Position numbers and translations under genes: made by a program. From Octopus vulgaris (Eukaryota): a stretch of 64,000 bases of DNA. Below the pieces are notes generated by a model. It was not told the DNA's origin and searched no databases. It saw only the letters and a list, made by a program, of their open reading frames with translations. Each line of letters begins with the position of its first letter. Within the stretch, counting starts at the first letter, position 1. The stretch spans positions 44,640,001-44,704,000 of the forward strand of contig OX597823.1 in NCBI GenBank assembly GCA_951406725.2, given 5' to 3'. This document shows, one piece after another, positions 26,461-40,617 of the stretch.

Positions 26461-27584
26461 GTAGATAGTCAAATTTTGGTACAAGACCAGTAATTTAAAG
26501 GGAGTAGAGTAGATAAGTCGATTACATCGACCCCCTCACACACAGTAGGAGCGTGTTTTGAGCAAGTATACGTGACAATGTTCTCAAAGCGCTGTCATGT
26601 TGGTTTAACATCAAAGGAACTGTGAGTGCAGGACTAGACGATAAGTGACAGATCATTCAAATTAATCTCCAGTTTGCTTTGTGAAAATTGACGGAGCGAA
26701 GAGTGGCTGGTTTGCCTTTGCCATGCCGGAAACTTAAGTTGCAGTGTATTGTGTTGTGGTCAAGGAGGAGAGTGTTTTTCATCTAAAGTGCTGCGTTATG
26801 GATGGAACGTATGAAATGTTATTTACCAATTTCTATTTAATCACCATTCAAAATTAGTGTCTACTTGTTGGCATAGATGCTTCAAAACACTGACAAGTTA
26901 AACCATTTGTAACATCAAACGATTGTAATTGTCAATGATACTTCCTCTTATATACACACCGTAAATAGTCATAGTTATGAAACAGGAATTTTATATCTAT
27001 GTTACAAAAACTACGATTTATTCACTGTTTTTTTTTTCCACCAAAAACTTTTTAAATTTCAGAACCTATCTCATTTGTCTTAATGTATTTATTCAGCATT
27101 AATAAATGTTCCATTTCCCTCATACATCTTCCTTACACTTTTCTCCTCTCTGGCACACACACATTTTACTCCCTCTCTCTCTATCTTACCCCTTTTTCCT
27201 CAATACACCTTACCAGTAATTAACATTATATACGTATCCTTTAAAAAGCTAAGATAACCCGCGTTTTAAATAGACATGCATCAAAGAACAACGGACATGA
27301 CTCCAAGAACAATTACACATTACAAAAATTAGTAAGAACACCATACCCATGTAATTCTAAAGTCCCTATTTTTTCTTTATTTAGCTTTTATTATTATTTC
27401 TTTTCTTATTGTGCTACTGACGAATAGTCTTTGACAACTTAGATTCTTAAAATGAATTTATTGTACAAAACGATTGTATATCGAATTGAATAAAAAATAA
27501 TTTATTCCATATTAACGTCTAATCTGCTTTTACAAAAAATATGACTGAATTTGTCGAACTTGGTTCTTTAACTTAAATCATATG

Positions 27585-27642
<58 letters not shown>

Positions 27643-27688
27643 TATATATATATACACACACACATATATATATATATACATATATATG

Positions 27689-27737
<49 letters not shown>

Positions 27738-27818
27738 ATGTATGTATGTATGTATGTATATACGTATGTATGTATGTATGTATGTATGTATGTATGTATG
27801 TATGTATGTATGTGTGTG

Positions 27819-27879
<61 letters not shown>

Positions 27880-28844
27880 GGCAGCTATGCGCAATATAAA
27901 ACAAGTGTGACTGAGTGTACTGGGTAGCACCTATATTGCTAGAAATAAGAGTTAGACCCTTTAGAACTGCCACGAAGCACATTTTCATATACTGACAGGA
28001 GAGATGACTGCCCCATTAGCGAAGCTAGAATCGCCGGACTAGACAAGTTTCGTCTGTAAATTTCAGACTTGTCAGCGGTGTCTACTTCATCACCGTATGG
28101 TTTAATATCAAAGTTAACTGTGAGTGCAGGACTAGACGATAAGTGACAGATCGTTCAAATTAATCTCCAGTTTGCTTTGTGAAAATACATACTATTTACT
28201 TCTGTCTTGTATACGTAATACATACAAAGATACATACATGCATGCATGCATACATACATACATGCATACATACATACATACATACATACATACATGCATG
28301 CATACATACATACATACATACATACATACATACATACATACATACATACATACATACATACATACATACATACATACATACATACATACATACATACATA
28401 CATACATGCATACATACATACATACATACATACATACATGCATACATACATGCATACATACATACATACATACATACATACATACATACATACATGCATA
28501 CATACATACATACATACATACATACATACATACATACGTACGTATGCCATATTGCTTGACAGTGCAAGTGTCTAAGTATTATTGTAGCAATTGCAGTCAT
28601 ATAATCATCATAGTTGGAACAGTTTTCTATAAATTTTTAAGGAAGTAAATACCCTAATGAGTTATGGAGAAAGAAAGAAAAGAAGTTTACGCTGATAACG
28701 TAGAGCATCAAAGGAATATTAAAATATAAAAAAAGTATCTCAGGAAAACATGTATTTCAATAAATATTAAATTATTGCACTCTTTTTTAGCAACAATCAA
28801 CTACTTGTAATAATACCTCCTCCTCCTTCTCCTCCTCCTCTTCA

Positions 28845-29050
28845 TCATCATCCCTTCCTTCTTCTTCTTCTTCTTCTTCTTCTTCTTCTTCTTCTTCTTC
28901 TTCTTCTTCTTCTTCTTCTTCTTCTTCTTCTTCTTCTTCTTCTTCTTCTTCTTCTTCTTCTTCTTCTTCTTCTTCTTCTACTTCTACTACTACTACTTTT
29001 TCTTCTTCTTCTTCTTCTTCTTCTTCTTCTTCTTCTTCTTCTTCTTCTCC
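28845..29050. repeat. (CTT)n microsatellite
   Basis: Long CTT tract. It produces the spurious poly-E and poly-R ORFs. Confidence 0.95.
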
Positions 29051-29235
29051 CCCTCCCCCTCTGTCTCTGCAATTCTTTTCTTTATCTCTTTGTATGTGTA
29101 GCGTTCCTTTACTCATTGCCTACCACCTAGGCAAGTATGAGTACTCATCCTGCACCGCTTCTGTTAATTATCTCTGTATCACTCTCCTACTTTTCTCTCT
29201 CTCTCTCTCTCTCTCTCTAAATATATATATGTATG

Positions 29236-29508
29236 TCTTTTCTGGGGTTTTTTAAAATTATTATGAACCTTCCACTGAGGAGGAGCCGGTTTCCAACAAA
29301 GATACAAGGCTCCATCTTTGGGATGTAGTTAACACAGACAAATTCACATTTCGAACTTGAGAAAAGTCTTGCATATTTTCACTGCCCCACTAACAGATTG
29401 CACTTGTAATGTACGAATTAGCCGGTTGATTTCTCTTTCTGAAAATTCCAGTTTATCCAGATTCTCCTTTAAGCATTTACTAACAAAACCTAGTGCTCCA
29501 ATTATTGC
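29236..29508 (-). mobile_element. R4/Dong-like LINE 3' end embedded in (TATG)n
   Basis: IIGALGFVSKCLKENLDKL...VKICKTFLKF. The UTR is homologous to 4790-4900. Confidence 0.85.
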
Positions 29509-29749
29509 ATGTATGTATGTATGTATGTATGTATGTATGTATGTATGTATGTATGTATGTATGTATGTATGTATGTATGTATGTATGTATGTATGTATGT
29601 ATGTATGTACGTACGTACGTATGAATGTATGTATGTATGTATGTATGTATGTATGTATGTATGTATGTATGTATGTATGCATTTATGTATGTATCTTTGT
29701 ATGTATTATGTAGACATGACAGAAGTAAATAGTATGTATTATATGACAG

Positions 29750-30460
29750 AAGTAAATAAACACCCCATAAAACATCGTTTTATGTTTATTCTAACTTAAA
29801 ATGGTTTATATATTTTTATTAATTGACATTTTTATGTTCCAGGTTCTATATGTAATTGTTTAATCATGCCATATACAAAATAGGCCTTGGAACTGTCTGA
29901 ATTTTAAAGAAGCCATGTTGTGGGTCAATCTAAAGGTGAACATAAACAGCGTGAAATCGCAGAAAATCTTGGGATCCCGTTTTCTACAGTTAATAGTGAT
30001 TGTGCAATTCACCGCAGAGGAGAAGGAGTCCACATCACTTCACCCAGGTTGACCAAGGCTTTCTGACAGGACCCTTCTCTTTGTTAAGAGACGTATGGAG
30101 GATAATCCCAGTTGCAAGGCCTCTGACATGGCAGAACACGTTGATGTCAGTCCCAGAACAGCTGTCAAGTATCTCCACAAACTTGGTTACTATGGCAGAG
30201 CACCAAGAAGAAAGCCACTTCTTTGACCAGCCAATATCAAGAGGAGAAAAGATTGAGCCAATGAGATGATGGAGAGGCCACTAACATTTTGGGACACTGC
30301 CATATTCTCCAATGAGTCCAGATTTGCTGTATTTTCTGATAGTGGTCGAATGTGAGTCTGGAGACTCTGTGATCAAGAATTTGACGTGAATATATTACAG
30401 CCAATAAAGAAACATTGCAGCTATTCTGTGATGGTCTGGGAAGCAATTAGAAGCAATTAG
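29750..30460 (+). mobile_element. Tc1-like transposon with a decayed transposase
   Basis: ELSEF*RSHVVG..QREIAENLGIP (HTH), GYYGRAPRRKPLL, FWDTAIFSNESRF and MVWEAI. Confidence 0.85.
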
Positions 30461-31286
30461 TATGAAATAAGTAATCAAAACCTCTTTGAAAAAAGTTAGC
30501 CAAAAAAGAGCCTTTACCACAAGAGTACAACTTAGAAATAAGAACCCTAAGTATTAATAGGATATTGGCTTCAAATTTTGGTACAAGGCCAGCAATTTCG
30601 GACGAAGCGTTAAGTCAATAATATCAATCGTTCCCATTGCTCGACTGGTACTTATTTTATCGACCAAGGAAGGATGAAAGGCAAAGTTGACCTCTGTGGC
30701 ATTTGAAAATATTCCTAAAATATTAACAGTACTTTGAGGAGCTTCTTGAAACGATGGAATAATGTCAAAGGAGTTCTACCTATAATAGTATACTACAGGT
30801 ACCCGTTCCTATGAAATACTCAGCTCGCTCCATGAACACAGATCAAATGACTTGAATACTCGGTGTAAAATCTCTTACCAGACAATTATTCCTGTTGTGG
30901 TTCAATTACCTTTTAAGGTTAGCTCGCATTTTTATAATAGCAATGGTTTATTCAAAGATATAAAGCATCTAAAAATTCAGGGGTTGGGGAAGGGGGCTGA
31001 AAACGTTTTAGGAATGGATAACGCAATTCCTGATGCTTTCCTGTGCTCATTGTCGAAACCGACGAAGAATCGATTTATATTTTCCCTTTTTATATACGTG
31101 CACAACGCAAATGCGTATGTGTATGTATGTGTGTTATGTATGTATGTTTGTACGTACGTATGTATGTATGTATGTATGTATGTATGTATGTATGTATGTA
31201 TGTATGTATGTATGTATGTATGTACGTACTACGTACATATATACATATATATATTCATTTATATATCTATAAATACATATATATAT

Positions 31287-31357
<71 letters not shown>

Positions 31358-31375
31358 CACGTATATATCTATACG

Positions 31376-31437
<62 letters not shown>

Positions 31438-32167
31438 TTGATATATTGCAATGCCCAATTTAAAATTGAGAGAAAAAAAAAGAGGATAAAAATTCAGACA
31501 ACAATCCCTTTATATTAATAAGCTAATATTATATTTATATCAATATTAATAACCTAACAGGTCAATTTGAAGCTTGGAAGTGCTTCTTTCTTAATAGGAT
31601 TGGATAAATTTCCATATTAAAAATTCTTCCAGGGTTTTTTCTCCCACCATATTGATTGCCTAAAGCAAAATATACACAAATAGACTCGCAAAAAAAAAAA
31701 AGCCTCATCAAAAAAATGAATAATATTTCCCTAAAATAGAATATTCAATGGCAGCATATATGTTTTCAAATTAAATGTTAAATAAAACTTTATGAAAATA
31801 AATTAAAGTGTATGTTCTGTGTTATTGAACTGAAGAAGAATTTCAACAGCAGTTTAATAATTATGACAATATGAAAGAGCGTCGTAACAGAGCAAATAAA
31901 ATTTTGTTAATATCGGTTTCTAAAACTGGCAACACAGGTACAAAGTTGCACATTTGGTGGAGAGGGGCACAATTGATTGAATCGACCCCAGTATTTCACT
32001 GGTACCATATATATTTTTTTTACTGTGGAAAAATGGAAAGCTTAGATTACCGTCTTAGATTTGTATTTTAGCGTATATTACCTTCATTAATTATTGCAAT
32101 TGATCTTCACATTTGGGAGATGTTTCATATCGTATATACATTGATTTGATTTATATATGTACATACG

Positions 32168-33643
32168 TAGACGCCGCCCTTGCTAGAGCACGTTCCGTGG
32201 ACCGTGCATCTGCTCTCTCCCTCTGAAACCGCCCCCACCGTCTCCCACCTCACATTTCCCCTCACCTACCACCCTACTTCTCCAACGCACCATTCTCCGA
32301 GCCTTCCGGCGACTCCAGTCCGACCCCTCACCTCCTTCAAACGGGCCCACAACCTACGAGACCTCTTGGTCCACTCCTTCTTCCCTAAGCCAACCTCCCA
32401 ATCCGGCTCATTCCTCTGCTACGGCCCACACTGCAGCACTTACCCTTACCTCACCAACACCACCCTCCTCACCGGCACCCATTATCGACCCTATCATATC
32501 ACCGATCCCTTCACCTGCACTTCTACTAATATCATCTACTGCATCTCCTGCTCTCTCTGCCCTTCTCTATACATCGGGCAAATGGGACGGCGCTTGGCTG
32601 ACCGGTTCGCGGAATACCTCCGAGACATCCGACTCGGCAGTGACACCCCAGTCTCGCGCCATTTCCGCTCTGCCGATCACTCTTTGCAACATCTTCCTGT
32701 GTTCGGATTGTCCTTGCACAGGGGCCATCCGGACTCCCGTTTGCCCCGTGAACAGGGATTAATCTTCTCTCTTCGCTCCTTTGTACCACGTGGGCTCAAC
32801 TTTCATCCCTGCTTCATCTAACCTCCTCCCTTTGTTTCTCTCGCCCTCACACCTACTTCCTCCCACCCACCTCTCCTCTCTTGCTCCGACTCCTACTTCT
32901 CTTCACTCCTACTCTCCTTCTCTCTTCTCTTCAATCCTACCCACCTTTTCCTTCCCCTTCATCGTCACCCCTCCCTCGTATGCCCACCCCACCCTACACC
33001 CCACCTTCCCCCACCCAACCCACTCCCACATACCCGACCTCTACTCTCACCCTCCGCCTACCCACATACCCCACCTCTACCCCAACCCTACGCCTACCCA
33101 CATACCCCACCTCTACCCCCAACACTCAGTCTAACCCACACCCCACCCTTGCTTTCCTCACTCTCAACTCCCCCGCTTCCCAACACCATCACACTACACC
33201 ACACAATACTACACCATACACCACCATACCACACAACACATCACATCACAACACACCACCACGCACACACCAGCATTGACCACTTCCCAGACCCGCATTT
33301 TCACACCTACACATGCACACACGCATTCGTCAAGATCACCAGCCCTCTTCCACACGCACATACATACTCTCTTATACACACGCACGCTTTGGGATCATCA
33401 CTACTTTATTATCTCCCCTTCTACCTAGCTCTCCTGTGTGATCCTTCTGTCCGGCATTCGCCATGATAGATCGCTAGCCACTACACATTCTTTATTTTCT
33501 CTCCTTGTTTCTTTCTGTGTTCCTTTCTGTAGAAGAGCGTAGGCTCGAAACGTTAAAGACTTTTTCACTTCCCGAGCATTACACTAATACATCTGTTTGT
33601 TGTCTACACCACCTGTCTACGTCTTTTTTTGTGAATTCTCCCT
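32168..33643 (+). mobile_element. Penelope-like element (Neptune-like), 5'-truncated
   Basis: GIY-YIG ORF, a C-rich spacer, and a terminal repeat with a hammerhead-like motif ending in (TA)n. Confidence 0.88.
32180..32821 (+). pseudogene. PLE C-terminal linker and GIY-YIG endonuclease
   Basis: NLRDLLVHS...FTCTSTNIIYCISCSLCPSLYIGQMGRRLADRFAEY...VSRHF...REQGLIF...GLN. Confidence 0.88.
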
Positions 33644-33677
33644 ATATATATATATGTGTGTGTGTGTGTGTATATAT

Positions 33678-34280
33678 ACTTGAATACTGTTGTCCACTGT
33701 GGTCTCCCCACACAATACAAGGTATCATAAAAGTTGAAGCACCTCAAAGGGCAATCACAAAAAAGATAGATGGCATGACAGGCCTCGACTATTGGGGTCG
33801 ACTAGAAAAGCTAAAACTCTATTCTCTCCAACGTCGTCGTGAGCGCTACATCATCTGCATGATGTGGAAAATATTCCATCAGCATTGCCCGAATGATGTT
33901 GGCATCACCTTCAAGGTACATCCAAGGCTTGGGCCCCGTGCCATCCGCCCAAAACAAAAATCGCACTCTCATCTCATAACAACAATACGGTACAATTATT
34001 TCACCTCAATTGGCCCCGCTCTCTTTAACATTACACCAAAACACATTAAAACAGAAACTGACCCTATAGGGTTCAAGAAGTCTTTGGACAGATTCCTTCA
34101 AGAAATCCCGGATAAACCCCCTACACCCAGATATGTCTCTGTAAACAATAACTCTCTACTTGAGTGGGCCATAGTGCCCAAATTCTGACTTGAAAGACTT
34201 CACCAAGTGGTGCTATTAAGTTAGACATGGCCTGGGCCAATAATGGCCGAAACCAAAGTATCAAAGTATCAAAGTATCAA

Positions 34281-34281
<1 letters not shown>
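33678..34281 (+). mobile_element. CR1-group LINE 3' end
   Basis: LEYCCPLWSP...QRAITK..LDYWGRLEKLKLYSLQRRRER, with an (AAAGTATC)n octamer tail. Confidence 0.85.
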
Positions 34282-34365
<84 letters not shown>

Positions 34366-34391
34366 CATATATATATATATACATATATATT

Positions 34392-34422
<31 letters not shown>

Positions 34423-34441
34423 GCATATATATATATATATA

Positions 34442-34579
<138 letters not shown>

Positions 34580-34971
34580 TAAATGAGTTAGGTTTACTAC
34601 AGATATTTCAGACGCATTTTTTTTATTGATAAGTAAACTCATTACTGCTTGAAAAAACAAAGAAACAAAAGAAAAACATTTTCTTCCGGTGAATTAAAAA
34701 TTTAAGATTGAAAATTTAAAATTTGGTTCTGAAAATGCCAAAATTGGGAATGTGTGTTAACCCACTCATTTTGGCATTCATATGCTTGCATATTTATATG
34801 GAAGTGTATGGTGAGTGTCCATACACGGTATATACACGGCTAGGCTAATCTCGACTCTAACTTAGTGTCCTTGATTTTAAAACACCTTGATTCAAATGAA
34901 TCCTAGAAATGATTTATATAATTCCCTTTTTCTCCCCTTCACCGTTTTCTATATTCTCTCTTTCCTTCTTT

Positions 34972-35017
<46 letters not shown>

Positions 35018-35462
35018 GCTCACACATGACTATCGTCCATCTTTCTTTTCCTCGCGTGATCATCTTTCTTTTCTTTCAGGAGTGTCCTAAGGATTAGACG
35101 TATCCTATCTCTCTCTTCTATCTTTTCTCTTATCAAAGAAAATATTTCTCCAGCGTTCGCTATTTTACCCTCATTCTGGTCTAACGACCCTCCATGTTTG
35201 TTTTCGTTCGGTTTCCTTGTATGCCTCCTTTGAACTGTTTTTATTCCAAAGTTTGACACTTTATAAATCCCAAATTTTATTTTGGTACTTATGGTAGAAC
35301 TGTCTTCGAAAACTCATATTGTCGTTGAATGCTCGAAATGAGGAGTAGATAGACAGCCGACAACTGATGAAGGGTCGTTCTTTATGTTACTTGTCCTGTT
35401 TTCGATTTGTTTCTCTCGTTGTTTGCATATTGAATTAATTTGTTTTTGTATTTCATGCTGTA

Positions 35463-36390
35463 TACTAGCTGACGTACTCGGTTATTCCAGGGAAAGCGGG
35501 GCTTATCCCTTGGTTCCGTTCTCATAATTGTTTCGCTAATCCAGTAACAACAATACAATGTATGTAGCCCTTAAAACGGTTTTTGCGTACTTATTGAGAA
35601 TACCGAACTGTCTTACACAGGATCTTGTTTTTAGGAATTCCCAATAATTTATGAATACCCAAATTGTGAAGTCAGTATATAATAACATGAAATAACTTAC
35701 CCGATAGTAAGAATTCAAATAAAGTAGCCCCCAAAAGGGCTTTAATACGTTCCCAGAGTATATAGAACTTAGAAGGAAATACTAATAAGGTATGTATACT
35801 AAAATCGTGAAGCATGATATGTAATAACAGGCTAATCAGATATGAGATAATAACAATTCAAAGTAAGTAACTCTCAAGAAAGCTTTTGTGCGTTCACAGA
35901 GAATATTACCCTCAGCGGCGCTAGTGTTGGTATATTCGTGAATAAGTCACTAACCGAAATAAGTGGATCTATTATTTAGGAAAATACTATCTATCTGTTT
36001 AAGCGTTGTACTGGATAAATTGCGAAAATAACCCAAAATGCTCAAATACTAAGAAATAAGCATACTCAATTTGATTTATACAAAATAATTTACAAAAATG
36101 AATGGGTTATTTCCCTTTGCTATATATAAGGATCCCTTTCAGGAGCGAATGGGTTATTTCCCATGAATGTTTAAAAATAATATATTAGTTATGTGAAGTA
36201 GATATAAGGATCCCTTCCAGGGGCCCTATTATCGATTTTTTTTTTTCAACAATCTAAGCATGTCACTAGTTTTCCAAACATGAATTCTACTTACGTGTCA
36301 AGCTTCATCAAAATCAATAAAAAGATGTTGGAGGAGCTAGCTAACAACATCACAAACAAACATGCCCACAGATTTCCACAGTAGTAGATA
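35463..36390 (+). mobile_element. Possible non-autonomous Helitron/Helentron-like element
   Basis: Starts ACTAGCTGA..CTCGG..CCAGGG (similar start at about 14787) and ends TTCATCAAAATC...ACAAACAAACA...AGTAGAT. Confidence 0.35.
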
Positions 36391-36999
36391 TATATTTTCA
36401 AATAATATACATATAGTGTATATAATTGAAGAATGTTACACTTTTAAGAGAGAGTAACTGCTGCAACCTATGAAGATATCCGTAGGGAGGAATTAAATCA
36501 TACAACAAACACACTCAGGGCCTTCTCTAATGAAATAGCTATCTTGTAGATGATCACCATAGGGCATCAATGTTTTCACGTTAGGCAACTATCTTGGAAA
36601 TACTGTAGACAGGGTATGCTTACGTGCCTTCGTAGTACATCTTGTTTGCAACAGGTGTAGCGGATATGCTAGCAACATTCATAAGCTGTATAACTGATGT
36701 AAAGTATACACTTATACAAATGCCACAGACGTCATAACAAAATATCGCGGTTAACTACCACAGCTAGAGAAAGAAATATTGGAAATTTGAGAATTAAAGG
36801 AGTAATCATGACTTTAAAAATCCTCCCCCACAGCCCAAAAAAAAAGGAAAAGAAGAAAAAATGATTTAAGCTTTACTTACAATTTGCTCTACTATATTAC
36901 ATTGCCCTGTATTAGCTTCCGTAAGTCACAACAATGCAAGTACAAAGTCACACACAAATATACCCACACACATATATATATATATATTGTGTGTGTGTG

Positions 37000-37057
<58 letters not shown>

Positions 37058-37414
37058 CTAAACATATATAAGTATTTATATGTATCTTTATATATGTGTA
37101 TATATATATATATATGTACATATATGTATATGTGTATATATATGTATGTATGTATATATATATATATATATATATATACATACAAACATACAAACATACA
37201 TGCATACATATATACATACATATAAACACACACACATACACACACATAATGTTCATTTATGAGACGATGTAGAACAGTTTTATGAGTAGAATCAAATAAA
37301 CTAAAGTATTATCCAAAGATTCTGTCATTTTTAAAGTTTAGATGAAAGTTTATCATATTTTGAACAGGACAAGCTAGAAAGTATAACTGCTCCCTACTTA
37401 TGCTTACATACGAA

Positions 37415-37432
37415 CGTACATACATACATACA

Positions 37433-37468
<36 letters not shown>

Positions 37469-37696
37469 TGCATACAAACATACATACATAAATACATACA
37501 TACGTAGATTGATAGATAGATAGATAGATAGATACATACATACATACATACATACATACATACATACATACATACATACATGCATACATACATATGTTCA
37601 TACACGAGTACATACATACATAGATAAATACGTCCATACATACATACATACATACATACATACATACATACATACATACATACATACATAGATACA

Positions 37697-37727
<31 letters not shown>

Positions 37728-38115
37728 GTTCATACACGAATACATACATACATAGATAAATATGTCCATACATACATACATACATACATACATACATACA
37801 TACATACATAAATACGTCCATACATACATACATAGATAAATACGTCCATACATGCATACATGCATGCATACATACATGCATACATACATATGTTCATACA
37901 TGAATACATACATACATACATACATACATACATACGTAAAGACGTCCATACCTACGTACATACATACATACATACATACATAAATACATACGTCCATACA
38001 TACATGCATACATACATACATACATACATACATACATACATACATACATACATACATACATACATACATACATACATACATACATACATACATACGTCCA
38101 TACATTCGTACATAT
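37415..38115. repeat. Compound (CATA)n array with higher-order repeat
   Basis: The interruptions TATGTTCATACA and AAATACGTCCATA recur in blocks. Confidence 0.9.
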
Positions 38116-38544
38116 GTACACACCAACAATTTATGCATTTTTATTGAATGTTAGTGATACGCGACGAATTGTAATTTGTTTCGTTCTACTGAACTTGTCA
38201 AACGAATTGTTAGTTGGATCGTGTAAAGGAATATATAATGGACGGATATCGTACTAACTAAAATTCGCTATTTTATTCACCGTGTTTTATTATGTCTTGA
38301 GTCATTTATTTGAAAGTGGCTGCTAGTTTCATAACTAACCTTTTGTGTACAAATATATATACGTACATATGTATATGTGTTTATACATGTGTATTTCGGA
38401 CAGTATACTTCATAGATGCGTAACTCAACGTAACGGTTCGCACACATACATACATACATACATACAGACAGACAGACAGACAGACAGACAGACTGACAGT
38501 CACACAGACAGACACACATATGCTTACATATATATGTGCAAATC

Positions 38545-38790
38545 ATTTTGCAGCGCTGACTCCAGTAGGCGGCACATTTAGAGAGAATGGGACTCCGAAG
38601 CAACCCCCTTGTGATAAGCAGAAAATGGAAAGCGTCCGCCTCATAAACCTTAACTGAGATTCAAAGGTTGCATTAAGAAACCCTTGAAGAAATCTAACAT
38701 CTCGGAAAAGGGACTGGCAAAAAATTGCAAGATGGACGAAAGCAATATATGGCGGAAGGGATGCTAAAAAGATGATGTTTCTAAGAATGT
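38545..38790 (+). mobile_element. Old RTE-like LINE 3' fragment
   Basis: LQR*LQ*AAHLERM...LRFK...WQKIA resembles the RTE C-terminal RLRWAGH.RM motif. Confidence 0.55.
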
Positions 38791-38825
38791 ATGTATGTAT
38801 GTATGTATGTATGTATGTATGTATG

Positions 38826-38964
<139 letters not shown>

Positions 38965-40617
38965 GTATACGCACACATACATATATATGCATGCATGTAT
39001 GTATACACATAATAGAAACAGCTGGTAAGTAATATAATTTTCATTTTACTTATATTTCCATATTTCGTGTCAAATTCTTTTTATATGTGGTATACATATC
39101 TTTGCTCTGTTCAGTTCACGCGGATACAAAGAAAGAACATTGATTCCCTATTCAGCCATTGTACAGTCTCAGTGATAAATGGTCTTGTTTAGGTGAACTA
39201 TAATTGTATTGTCTAGAATTATGTGTGTCTACTCATCTTTCTATATCGTTTCTTTCCTGCGAGAAACTAGCTAGCAAATCTCAAAAGGTGTTTATAATAA
39301 CAGTCTTTCAATCCTAACCTCTCCAAACACAGTTTAAACTTTCTAAACAGAAAACTAGTAACGCTAACATTAATTCATTATGAATCTGATATATGCTGGG
39401 TAGACAGCAAATTCCTCTTCAGCCATTCATCTGTGGACCCTAAAATACAGCAAAATCCAACTTTCTATAAAAAAGATTATCATTATCTGAATGTGACACA
39501 CCTACTCACACAGTCCGTTCCACGCTTGACTGAATGCTTGACCGAACTATAAACAATAATAGAATTCCAACATCAAGCCAAGCAAAATCTCCTCACAACA
39601 ACATTCTATCAACCCACACCCTACAAATAAATGTTTCATTATATCCTAATCTTTCCCTTTCCCTACACATCTATTTCACTCACCAATCTATCCCACATTT
39701 CACTACACTGTGCTGCAGTTGGTCCATATATAGTGGCTTGAAAATCTGATAGACGTGATCCCGTTGATCACCTTGTTGTCTGTTGATATGTGAAATCACC
39801 GAATTGAAAATAGGTGTTGTTCACGATAATAGTCAGGAGTTAATGGATGTCTGAACATGTGAAACCGAAACAGTAAAGGCTACAAGAAATGATGCAGTCT
39901 GCATTTTGGCTGATAGTTGTATGTGTGTGTGTGTGTTTGTGCATAAACATTTCATAGAACTCCAATTAGCCCACTAAAAAAAAAACAGCTTACCAAAGAC
40001 TATATAAAGCCAAAATAAACCCATAGATAGCGCACTTTGACGAAGGCGAGCAAGCTTTTCTTCTTTGTTTTCTTTGGGGTTTTTTTGTGGAATATATATA
40101 AAATTGTAGTGTTGGCAAGCAACGCTTATTTTTTTTTTTTATCATCTAATTTTGTTTGGTATACGGTATTATAGTTGATAGTTATCACTCCTTGTTGAAA
40201 ATTCATGGGTAAATCAACAAACAAATGTAGAAGTTGTATTTCAGATGTAACAGTTTCAGTTGCGAAGTTCCCAAATTTCATAGTTACATTGACATTTTCT
40301 GTTTGAGACATGTTGTCTTGTTTATTAGATTGTGGCTTCGCGATGACGAGGACGTTTTCCTGTCGGGGGTGTGTGTTATAGTAATATTTTCAAACTACTG
40401 TAATATTTTCATTGCTACTGTCTCTTCCGTCTGATGACGAGATCTGAAAGGTCATAAAATGTAATATGTTGATAGTTTTGGGGAACTGTACTAGTCCAAG
40501 CCAAACAAAGACGGCTAATGCAAAAGGTTTTTTAAAATGATTTATTTATTTATTGATGCATGCATATATGTATGTATATGTGTGTATATATGAGTGTATA
40601 TGTATATATATATATAT

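Noticed and set aside
27415-27460. CTGACGA hammerhead core (also at about 43410)
   Set aside because: No GAAA follows a stem II and there is no matching stem I.
32881-33279. Pro/Thr/His-rich ORFs
   Set aside because: Low-complexity C-rich 3' spacer of the PLE.
33505-34188. 227-aa ORF as a host gene
   Set aside because: Chance read-through from a PLE terminal repeat across a microsatellite into a CR1 RT C-terminus.
39050-40445. Protein-like minus-strand stretches (e.g. ORF 40126-40311)
   Set aside because: In-frame stops follow the candidate acceptors and I recognise no family, so no gene can be supported.
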